Shown here: one piece after another, positions 1 through 8,500 of the stretch
Layout of the letters: the number at the start of each line of letters is the position of its first letter
Position numbering within the stretch: position 1 is the first letter of the stretch
Origin: Thermoplasmatota archaeon
Lineage (GTDB): Archaea > Thermoplasmatota > Penumbrarchaeia > Penumbrarchaeales > Penumbrarchaeaceae
Direction: 5' to 3'
NCBI GenBank assembly: GCA_030600725.1
Contig: JAUVLN010000001.1
Coordinates: 1 to 29,797, forward strand
DNA: 29,797 nt
Made by a program: the position numbers and the translations under genes
The notes under the pieces: generated by a model
Databases searched by the model: none
What the model was told of the DNA's origin: nothing
Seen by the model: only the letters and a program-made list of their open reading frames with translations

Positions 1-1
1 A

Positions 2-46
2 GGTTAAGAAGAGAGGATTGAATGCGTGATGAACTAAAAAAATCAC
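2..46 (+). repeat. Dispersed ~45-bp repeat, inverted copy of 25383-25426
   Basis: GGTTAAGAAGAGAGGATTGAATGCGTGATGAAC(T)AAAAAAATCAC matches the reverse complement of 25383-25426 except for one indel. It may extend past the window start. Confidence 0.9.
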
Positions 47-179
47 TTACTCCCGCCAGCACCAAATTGATTAGGAAATACATAAATGTTGAGGCGAATA
101 TCAGGTCGAGTCCGTTGCAATGCGTTGCATCCCAACTTTGACAGATCGAATATGATCTGAAACGATACTTCGGTGAAGG

Positions 180-647
180 TTGGATGAATCTACCGATTCA
201 TCAGGATCTGAGCCTCTCAATGTTGGGAGAAGCCTCACTTTGACACTCATCTGTACTCATATGTCAAAGTTAGGCTGTACTCATATGTCAAAGTTAGGTT
301 GCATAGAAAAACAACACCTGATGCAACGCCTCAAGATCCGGGAGATTATGGAGTATGAAATGATACCAAAGGGATTCGGGGATTTGAGAATTTTCTTTTG
401 GTGTCCCAAAAACGAGAGTTTTAGGGACACTTTTGTTTCCGACTTGGTCCGAATATCAGATAATGCAGTAGCATTTTCTTATGTGTGGAAAATTACATTT
501 TCCAAACAAATCGGAAACGAACCCTCGAATCCTGAAAACACCCTTGAGGATATTAAAAAAGTACCGATTAATGATTCCTTTTCAGGGGGGATCAGGAAAG
601 TGAGTGGAAATGAATGTTTTAAAATTTTGAAATATATTACGTATTAA
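180..647 (+). CDS. Hypothetical or eroded ORF; C-terminal part weakly EVE/PUA-like
   Basis: 155-aa ORF in the AT-rich patch. The N-terminus is doubtful and contains a duplicated CTHMSKLG. The segments GDLRIFFW...LEDIKK...GGIRKVS..ECFKIL loosely resemble EVE-domain patterns. Confidence 0.3.
   Translation: MDESTDSSGSEPLNVGRSLTLTLICTHMSKLGCTHMSKLGCIEKQHLMQRLKIREIMEYEMIPKGFGDLRIFFWCPKNESFRDTFVSDLVRISDNAVAFSYVWKITFSKQIGNEPSNPENTLEDIKKVPINDSFSGGIRKVSGNECFKILKYITY
251..298 (+). repeat. Perfect 24-bp tandem duplication
   Basis: CTGTACTCATATGTCAAAGTTAGG at 251-274 and 275-298. Confidence 0.95.
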
Positions 648-1236
648 TCTCTTTAATTAAATGGTACATAAAGGTGATTGGATTGCTTTCACTATGAAAT
701 ATTTTATTATTCGAATCTCGGTGGTATTTTTCCAATTTTTCCGCATTTCTTGTTGCTTGAGAAATTTTATCTTTTAATATAGAATAATCATCTTTTGTTG
801 TACTCTCTGATTCAGTTAACTCTTTCCATTTTTGTTTTGTGTCTTCTTTTGTCAATGAACCTTGAATAAAATTATAATGTAATAGAAACCATATTTCAAT
901 ATTTGGATTGGAAAAGGCAAATTTAATATTCTCTTTTTCTGCAGATAGATAACAGTTATCAATATCTGTGGGGTTTTTGTCATCTAAATCAAAAGCAATC
1001 CACAATTGATCTGTACCATTGAGTAATAATCTGTGAGATCTTTTTTCACTTCTTGCGTTTCTGAGCATATTTTTAATATCTGTACAACCAGTATAAATTG
1101 GTATTATTTCTATGTTTTTCTTACCCTCTTTAAATGAGTTTAAGTATTCTATCTCGGTTTTCTCTCCTTCGCATATAATGATAATTTTTGGGTTAAATGT
1201 CCTTCCTCTATCTTTCCTTTTTTTATAAGAACTCAT
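637..1236 (-). CDS. rloB: RloB-family (TOPRIM-like) protein, AbiLii-like
   Basis: IICEGEKTE..Y, FDLD (DxD) and SNPNIEIWFLLHY motifs. Overlaps the stop of the upstream AAA ATPase by 1 nt. Confidence 0.85.
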   Translation of the reverse strand: MSSYKKRKDRGRTFNPKIIIICEGEKTEIEYLNSFKEGKKNIEIIPIYTGCTDIKNMLRNARSEKRSHRLLLNGTDQLWIAFDLDDKNPTDIDNCYLSAEKENIKFAFSNPNIEIWFLLHYNFIQGSLTKEDTKQKWKELTESESTTKDDYSILKDKISQATRNAEKLEKYHRDSNNKIFHSESNPITFMYHLIKEINT

Positions 1237-2531
1237 TAAAAAACCTCGTTGAGGTAATCAATATATGGAATTGCCCCATACCTTCCATCAAGATATGCTT
1301 TTAATAGTATTTTATCAAATCTTTGATTATATTCTAATAGAGAGAAGAGATCAGTACTACCGTCAGTATCTCTTTTTTCTGTAAACCATATTTGATCTCT
1401 TCTGAATATTTTTTGATCCAATAAATTCAAATCGTGAGTTGTAACGATTAATTGAGCATTCTTCTTATTATATTTTGGATTATTAAACAATTCCACTAAG
1501 AATTTTGATAATAAATGGTGAATCTTAATATCTAATTCGTCAACAAGCAAAACATAACCATTCTCCAATGCTGAAATCCATGGCCCTAATAATGAGAAAA
1601 ATCTCTGAGTTCCATGAGATTCTTCAGTAAAAAAATTTAGAGAATAATCGTTTTCAATCCCATTCTCATTTTTATATCGATGGTCAAAAGTAATTTCTCT
1701 ATGAGTCACCTCAATTTCATCCAATGAATTTGTGTTCAATGTTTTTTCGATATCTTTTGAAAGATTTTGGGGTATGGTTGATTTTTCATACTTTTGAATT
1801 TCTGCGTGAATATTTGATATGCCAAAATCAGCGATATTAATTAATTTCGTTACTTTATTTCTAAAACTCTCATCATTCATCATGCTTGATGCTGTAAAGT
1901 CTAAGATGCCTAGAACATCATTTGCACCAATATCTCGTAAGGAATTTTTAAACCAATTATATGCCACTATCGCATCATGATAATTCCATTGTGCTAGACT
2001 TGATAATAATAGTACATTTGGTCTAGTTTTTTCCATAATATTTTTAATTGTTGTCTTATCCTTTTTAGGGATGTTTGAATCAATAATATTGTCCATTTCT
2101 CTTTCAAATAAAGTCCTTTTTCTTCCTTTCGGATAATAATATAATTTTTCTTCCATTACTTGATTGGATTTTAAGGATAAGAAATAAGAATATCTGACAT
2201 CATCATGTATGAAAATAATTGAATATTTTGTAGGTTCCTTTGAGTTATTATCATTAAACTTAAACGGTGTTATTAACGAAATGTTTTCATCTACTTTAAA
2301 TTGATGTGAATTAATTACTAGGTGTTTCAACACCATGAGAGAGTATATAATATTTGTTTTTCCAGATGCATTTGGTCCATAAATTATTGAAGATCTCAAT
2401 AATTTATCATTTTTTAGGGTTTCAATAATTGTGTGGTCATCTTTCTTTTTAATTCGATTAGATGCAAGTAAACTAAGAGATACTTTTTCATTGATCGATC
2501 GAAAATTTTCCACAGAATATTCTATTAATAT
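1236..2531 (-). CDS. RloA-like AAA/ABC-type ATPase (AAA_21/AAA_15), AbiLi-like
   Basis: Walker A GPNASGKT, ESHGTQR signature, Walker B LLVDELD, H-loop TTHD, QIWFTEK and YLDGRYGA. Start extended from the ORF-track GTG (2513) to ATA 2531 to recover the typical xLIEYSVENFRS N-terminus; SD GGGGGTG at 2543-2537. Confidence 0.85.
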   Translation of the reverse strand: MLIEYSVENFRSINEKVSLSLLASNRIKKKDDHTIIETLKNDKLLRSSIIYGPNASGKTNIIYSLMVLKHLVINSHQFKVDENISLITPFKFNDNNSKEPTKYSIIFIHDDVRYSYFLSLKSNQVMEEKLYYYPKGRKRTLFEREMDNIIDSNIPKKDKTTIKNIMEKTRPNVLLLSSLAQWNYHDAIVAYNWFKNSLRDIGANDVLGILDFTASSMMNDESFRNKVTKLINIADFGISNIHAEIQKYEKSTIPQNLSKDIEKTLNTNSLDEIEVTHREITFDHRYKNENGIENDYSLNFFTEESHGTQRFFSLLGPWISALENGYVLLVDELDIKIHHLLSKFLVELFNNPKYNKKNAQLIVTTHDLNLLDQKIFRRDQIWFTEKRDTDGSTDLFSLLEYNQRFDKILLKAYLDGRYGAIPYIDYLNEVF

Positions 2532-2731
2532 ATTAACACCCCCGTTTCTCCCTATATGGAGATATTTTCACAACAACAAGGCATTAAAGCCAATCTATAT
2601 AAATATTATCCCTCTATGGTGCAAAATTGTCGCTTAAGACCAACATAACGAGGGCGACATAATAATCTATCATTTTTCCTTTTTCCGCATAATGTGGAGC
2701 ACAATATTTTATTTGTATAGGTGATGAAAGG

Positions 2732-3430
2732 ATTATATCCCCATTCCCCATTAGGGACTATTGTGGGGGCCGTATCACGTATTTTCTGGAGAAGTTTACC
2801 CTGAAGCCGCTGCTCAGGCTCTTCCTGATCAAGGAGATCAAGGGGCGATCCAATCTCAGTAGTGATAAGGCCCAGCTCATGGCGGTCAACCACAACAGCC
2901 ACATCGACGAGTTCGTCGTGATGGTCCCAATGCTCACAATCTCGAAGAGGGCGACCCACTTCTTCGCGGACAAGAAGCACTTCTTCGAGGGGAAGTTCTA
3001 CTTCAAGCTCCTTGCCAAGAGGTTCCAGGCGATCCCGATCGACAGGGGGACGGGAAATGCCGATAAGGCGTTAAAAATAGGTGAGAGGTACCTCAACAAG
3101 GGGGACAACATCATAATCTATCCGGAGGGGACCAGGGGGCACTCCAACAGGCTGATCAGGGGGAAGGTTGGAGTGGCCAAACTGGCCCTCTGGACCGGCA
3201 GACCGGTTATCCCGATAGCCATCTGGGGGACACACATACTGATGCCGAAAGGGGTCCACAAACCCACCATCAAGAAGATCGTCAGGATAAACATCGGAGA
3301 GCCCATGACATTCGAGGAGTACAAGGGCAGGGCCGACGACCCCCGGGCCCTTCGTGAGGTGACAGATCAGATCATGGTGCGGATCGGGGAACTGCTCGGC
3401 CAGGAGTACGACCCGGAATACAGGGGATGA
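2732..3430 (+). CDS. plsC: PlsC-family (lysophospholipid) acyltransferase
   Basis: NHNSHID (HX4D), FFAD-K, IPIDR, YPEGTR and VIPIAIWG motifs. The frame is open upstream of ATG 2879 through a typical amphipathic N-terminus. The true start is uncertain (ATT 2732 or ATA 2735 after AGGTGA, or a frameshift). Confidence 0.8.
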   Translation: MISPFPIRDYCGGRITYFLEKFTLKPLLRLFLIKEIKGRSNLSSDKAQLMAVNHNSHIDEFVVMVPMLTISKRATHFFADKKHFFEGKFYFKLLAKRFQAIPIDRGTGNADKALKIGERYLNKGDNIIIYPEGTRGHSNRLIRGKVGVAKLALWTGRPVIPIAIWGTHILMPKGVHKPTIKKIVRINIGEPMTFEEYKGRADDPRALREVTDQIMVRIGELLGQEYDPEYRG

Positions 3431-3439
3431 ACGCCAGTA

Positions 3440-4207
3440 CTACTCCCAGACGATAGAAGGTGCGCCCTTCTTTTTCTTGTGCGGCTTCCTGTGACGTTTC
3501 TCCTTGTGCTTCCTGCGTGCCTCCTTCCTGGCCCGCTCCCCGTCGATATCATCCACCAACCTCCGTTCACCCAGGGAGATGAGCATCCTTCTGGATGTCT
3601 CATTGTCCCCGTCGAGGAGTAGACATTTCTGGAATGAGTATACGGCACCGGTCCGATCACCGATCTGCCTGAGCGCCACCCCCCGGTTTGACCATGCTTT
3701 CGAGTATCCCTCATCCTCCTCGATGGCCCTGTCGAAGAATGATAGGGCACTGGAATAATCCTCCTCAAGGATGGAGATTATAATGCCCTTCAGGGTGAGT
3801 GATATCGCATCGTGACCGTCCAACTCGATCGAGGTGTCGATCTCCAAGAGGGCACCACTGTAATCCTTCATCGCATAGAGGACCCTCCCGAGGAGGAGGT
3901 GCGCCCTGGCGTTTCCCGGGTCCAACCTGCACGCACGGTCTGCCGCCCTCTTTGCCATCTCGATCTTTCCCAGGTCCTCGAGGGCGGATGCCTTCGCCAT
4001 CCAGAGTTCCGGGTCGGAAAGATGCAGGACAAGGGCCATGTCAAAGCGTTTCAGGGCCTCTTCGAGGTCCCCCCTCTCCCGGAGGTACAGGCCTTCAAGA
4101 TACAGGAAACGGGTCCTGTCCACGGAGCGTCTCAGTTCCTTGAGTGCCGATCTTGCCCTCTTTAGATTATGTTTCCTGAGATGTATGAGAAAATCCTGTT
4201 CGTGCAT
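3440..4207 (-). CDS. Tetratricopeptide-repeat protein with a basic C-terminal tail
   Basis: Several TPR-like 34-aa units (LWMAKASALEDLG, AWSNRGVALRQIG); K/R/H-rich tail. Confidence 0.85.
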   Translation of the reverse strand: MHEQDFLIHLRKHNLKRARSALKELRRSVDRTRFLYLEGLYLRERGDLEEALKRFDMALVLHLSDPELWMAKASALEDLGKIEMAKRAADRACRLDPGNARAHLLLGRVLYAMKDYSGALLEIDTSIELDGHDAISLTLKGIIISILEEDYSSALSFFDRAIEEDEGYSKAWSNRGVALRQIGDRTGAVYSFQKCLLLDGDNETSRRMLISLGERRLVDDIDGERARKEARRKHKEKRHRKPHKKKKGAPSIVWE

Positions 4208-4209
4208 GT

Positions 4210-4662
4210 TCAGGACCCCTCCTCCTGCTCTCTGCCAAGGCTTTCGATGTCAACGGTGAACACGTACCTGATGGGTTTCCTCTCCCATTTGCCCGTCCAG
4301 TACCTGCACATGCCGCACATCTTCCCCGTGTTCACGGTCCACCCGTAGAGCGTCGCGTTCTTGATCGATGACATCTTCCCGCCGCACACGGGACAGTTGC
4401 TCTTCCTGGAAGGGCGATCCAGATCCCTGCAGTGGGCGATGATGTCGACCCCCTCGGTGGAGGCGGCGATCCTTCTCAGTCGGCCCGCGGAGAGCTTGAA
4501 GTTGCCCCCGTACCTCTCCTTCAGTATGTTCCTCACAAGTCTGTGCAGCAGCGTCTGAGAACGGATGGTCCTGGCCTCCGAAAGGATCTCCAATATCATC
4601 TCGGATACCTGAGAACCATTGGGAATCCTGTAGCCCCCCTTGGCGGGGCTTGAGCCTTCCAT
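4210..4662 (-). CDS. Hypothetical protein with a C-terminal Zn ribbon
   Basis: 150 aa; CPVC...CGMC; coding-like composition; ends 2 nt before the TPR gene start (probable operon). Confidence 0.7.
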   Translation of the reverse strand: MEGSSPAKGGYRIPNGSQVSEMILEILSEARTIRSQTLLHRLVRNILKERYGGNFKLSAGRLRRIAASTEGVDIIAHCRDLDRPSRKSNCPVCGGKMSSIKNATLYGWTVNTGKMCGMCRYWTGKWERKPIRYVFTVDIESLGREQEEGS

Positions 4663-4749
4663 GGCAGCCCTATGGAGTTGAAATTAAAAAAAGCAATCGC
4701 ATGAATGCGGTGAAGTTCGGATGGGTTTTATTTTTTGGAGTTCGATCTA

Positions 4750-4757
4750 TGTATAAG
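4750..4757 (+). promoter_or_regulatory. Possible TATA box upstream of the repeat array
   Basis: TGTATAAG about 26 nt before the first array unit (4777), the usual archaeal TATA-to-TSS spacing. Confidence 0.35.
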
Positions 4758-4776
4758 TCCAAAATCGATGCTCATC

Positions 4777-5166
4777 CGTAAGTTTCTCACGTCGCTTATA
4801 AGTGATTCGAAACTTCGAAACCTAACCAACCAGATCGTCGCTTATACTAGCGGTTGGTTGGTTTTCTTTTAAGGTAACGAATGAAAACGTTGTCTTGAAC
4901 CTTGAAGAACTCGTAAGTTTCTCACGTCAATTACAAATGCCACGAAACTTCGAAACCTAACCAACCAGATCGTCGCTTATACTAGTGGTTGGTTGGTTTT
5001 CTTTTAAGGCAACGAATAAAAGCGTTGTCTTGAACCTTGAAGAACTCGTAAGTTTCTCACGTCGCTTATAAGTGATTCGAAACTTCGAGACTCACCCCAA
5101 CATATCGTCGCTTATACTAGCGTTGGGGGAGTTTTATTTTAAGGTAACGAATGAAAACGTTGTCTT
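4777..5166 (+). repeat. Tandem array of three 135-bp-period structured units (candidate ncRNA array)
   Basis: Units start at 4777, 4912 and 5047. Each has hairpin A, hairpin B, a T-tract and hairpin C. Compensatory substitutions occur in hairpin B. Confidence 0.95.
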
Positions 5167-5209
5167 AAAAGAAAAAGCGGACGGGGAAAGGGGAAATCAA
5201 ACCCCGTCC
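5167..5209 (-). terminator. GC-rich hairpin followed by a T-tract on the minus strand
   Basis: GGACGGGG (5179-5186) pairs with CCCCGTCC (5202-5209); the minus strand continues GCTTTTTCTTTT. Confidence 0.5.
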
Positions 5210-5264
5210 TTAGGTCGGGATGCATACGGGTAGCCCGGGCGGCTCCCCATGTACAATAAACAAG

Positions 5265-5274
5265 AAAAAAAAAA
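5265..5274 (-). terminator. Oligo-T terminator of rps17e
   Basis: T10 on the minus strand about 45 nt after the rps17e stop. Confidence 0.55.
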
Positions 5275-5320
5275 GGTATTAATACAGGGGCCAAGGGGTT
5301 AGGCGAAAGTACCTGTGGAA

Positions 5321-5518
5321 CTATATCTTCCTGGCCAGGACCTTCTGGTACCTGGTGATGTATCCGGCCACCCTGTTCCTTACCTTATGTGAGTGGAAAT
5401 CCGCCAGCTTCCCCGCGGATTCCTTGTTGTTCTGAAAGTCATTGTTGAAATGCTCCGGATACCTCTTGAGCAGTTCGATGGCGGACCTTTTTATGAATGT
5501 AGGCCTGATATTTCCCAT
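5321..5518 (-). CDS. rps17e: 30S ribosomal protein S17e (eS17)
   Basis: MGNIRPTFIKR...F..DF..NK...KVRNRVAGYITR; ATG at 5518 after SD AGGTGA. Confidence 0.97.
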   Translation of the reverse strand: MGNIRPTFIKRSAIELLKRYPEHFNNDFQNNKESAGKLADFHSHKVRNRVAGYITRYQKVLARKI

Positions 5519-5596
5519 TGACTTCACCTATTGCGAGGCGAGCGAGAGGAGTTCACGTATATATACGTTGTCCAGATAACGGACGGATGGTCCCGT

Positions 5597-8500
5597 CTAC
5601 TCCTCCAGAAGTTCCTCCAATTCCCCCTCCTCGAAGTCATCCAAAACCTCATCCTTCAAGCTTCCCCTGAAGTCAAGCGGATCGTAGAGGTACCCGCAGT
5701 CGTCGCACTCGTCGAGGCCGCCCCTGATCACGGATCCGCACTCGGGGCACGACCACACGTCGAGGTCCTTGTCGATCATCTCTATCTCCTCGGAGCCTTT
5801 CCTCGAGAGGACCAGGAAAACGACTACCGTGATGAAAAGAAGTAAGACCAGGCCGACGAGTATGATCAATCCCGTGCTTATCTCAGGGGGAGGCGGATCG
5901 GAACCGGGAACAACGGTGATGGTCATGGTGTGGTTCACCGTGACCGTCCCGTCCGATACCCGCAGGGTTACGATGTAAACCCCCGTGATCTTGTATGAAT
6001 ATGACGCCTTCTCCCCCACGTACTCCCTCTGGAGACCGTCCCTGTCGTCGAAATCCCAGATGAACGTAAGTTCATCACCGTCCGGGTCCACGGTCCCCGA
6101 GGCGTCAAAGAGGATCTCGCTCCCGACGATCACATTGGTCTCGGGACCTTTGACCGATATCACAGGTTCACTGTTCTCCACGATCAGGGAGAAATCCGCC
6201 GTTCTGGCTATGAAGTGGCCGTCATCCGCCTCGAAATAATATGTGTGGGAGCCCGGATCAAGGTCAACGGGGGACGATCCGTAGAAGCTGTACCTGATCG
6301 GATCGACGATGCCCTCGGAGGAGAGTCCTATGGGTTCACCCCCGTCGATGACAAGCCTCACCCATATCGGATCCTCCCCGTCCGCGTCCTTGTATTCCAC
6401 CCTGAATTCCATGCCCGCATTCGAATCCGCCTCCCTCACATCGCTTTCCGGCCTGTGCCTCAGGTTGGGGGCGTTGTTATCCATTATCCCCACCGCATAG
6501 TATCCGGCGGTCAATTCCGAGAAGTTCCCGTATCCGGCCTCCTCCACGAGGACCCCACCCGAAGCGGGCGGTGCATCCCAGATCCCATCATGATATCTGT
6601 ACACCTTGATCAGGTCCTCATGCATCCGTATGGGAAACTCCTTACCGGCATGCCCCATCGTTACGTTGATCCACTCGAATAGATAGGAGGCGTAGGTGGG
6701 AAGTGGTGTGAACTCCAGGTGGCATACAAATATCGCGCCGGGAGCTTCCGGGGGCATCTCGGGGATGGTAATATCCACCATGCCCCTGCCGTTGGGTTCC
6801 GATATCCCGAAGGACATCTTCACAATGATCCCATTGTAGAAGTCGGTGAACTCCTCGACTACCCTCTTGAGCAAAGTCACATTTACAGACGCCTCTCCGG
6901 ACGCCCTCATCTCATCGAATACGCGTAGGGTCAGCTTTTTCGTGCCCACTCCGTCAAGGGTCACCTCGGTTAACGCGTCCGGCCCTTCGTAGATCGGAGC
7001 CTCCTCCCCCTCGATATACCAGGAGTAGGTTAGATGGTCCCCGTCACCATCGTATGAGAGGGAGCCGTTCAGCGTTATAGTCTCCTCCGGGAAAGCCATC
7101 AGGGCTTCGCCGGGGGAGGAGATCACCGCAACGGGTGCGAGGTTCCTGTCGCCGATGGATAAAAGCGTACCCCCAGATAGGGAGATGATCATATGCTTCT
7201 TCGAAATGGACGGCTCTCCACGGGGACGGGCATCCAGGGGAAGGGTCCATCTCATCTCGTATCCCCCGCTTCCATCGGGCGAATATGAGGTGACGATCCA
7301 GGGGTCCGCCCCTACGATCGTGTAGAAGGAACTCCCCCCCGATATCGCCCTGGTGATCGGTTCAAGGGGCATAGAGATGTTGGATATTATGGTCCCATTG
7401 TTCAGGTACATGAACAATATCCTGCCATCCACCTGCATGGATATCACACTGGCGGCTTCGGAGACCGCTGGTGGGGCGATCATATCGTAGGGAAGGGGGG
7501 AGGTCCAGATCAGGTCCACGCCAGTGATATTGTCCGGTGCGCCCTCATCCGTATCCTCTGCGTCAACGATCCCATCCTCGTTATCGTCGGGGTTGGAATC
7601 CAGCACCGCAACCACCATGCTGCTCACTGCGATCAGTTTACCGTTAACATACGAAAGGGAGAGTATATCGTCGGAGAAGATGGCGGACAGTTCCATGGTA
7701 TGTATCAGTGATCCGTTGTTTGCATCGATGATCTTTATCATATCGTCATCTGCAATATATATCTCACCGAGTGAGGCTGCAATGGGGCAGTGCTCCGTGC
7801 CCACCGCCACCTTCCACCTGGCCATTCCGTCATCGTCATCGTAAGCGGTCATATTTCCATCCGAGGTGATGACTATCACATTTCCTCCAGCGATCATTAT
7901 AGGGGCCGCTGCAGGGGCGGGAAGGGGTTTCCTCCAGAGGACATCGCCCGCGCTCATCCGGGTGTCCTCCTCCTCCTGATACGCCCCGTCGTTCACACCG
8001 TCCCGGAAACCTATCCAATCAAAGGCCCAGAGCGCCTGATCGTCGCCTATTGCGAACACCTTGTTCGCGAATGCCCAGGACTGCTCGTTCTCCATATGCA
8101 GCGCGGGCCTTCCGATTAGATTGGATGATGCGTTGGTGTAGGTCCAGAGCCTGCCTGTCCCACCGTTATCATCCGTCGATGTGTTCAGGGCCGTGAGGTC
8201 GCCCTGCGGCGTAGTAAAGAATAGGGCCGAACCCACGGCGGATGATGTTCCGGAACCCGCCAGGGAATCAAGCCACAAGGGCTCAACGGGATCGCTCCAC
8301 TCCCCCTCGAGGTCGTAGGACCAGTATGTCCGATTGCTCTGAAGCTCCCCCTGCGACCAACCTGTCCGTCCGGGCCCGCCCCCGGCGGATGTCCAGAAGC
8401 CCGTCAGTATCGGCCTGACGTAGATCTCGATGCTGTCTATATTGTCCTCTGTCGGCGTCACCTTATCCTTGGGTGCTGCCTCTATGATCCGCCCCACTAT

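Noticed and set aside
22-141. 39-aa ORF (MRDELKKSLT...) behind GAGAGG
   Set aside because: No recognisable motif, and the second copy of the repeat gives a different, 16-aa frame, so coding is not conserved.
4818-4864. Integron attC interpretation of hairpin B (ACCTAAC...GTTGGTT with a bulged base)
   Set aside because: At about 47 nt it is shorter than typical attC sites, R' does not fit GTTRRRY, unit 3 loses the RYYYAAC box, and there are no cassette ORFs or intI. Kept only as a remote alternative.
4777-5166. CRISPR array interpretation of the 135-bp repeats
   Set aside because: There are no unique spacers, units are nearly identical over 120 bp, the repeat length is wrong and there are no cas genes.
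4777-5166. Replication origin (ORB repeats) or Xer/dif sites
   Set aside because: No ORB-like GTTCCAGTGGAAAC/G-string, no adjacent cdc6/orc1, and no inverted arms symmetric around the shared CGTCGC core.
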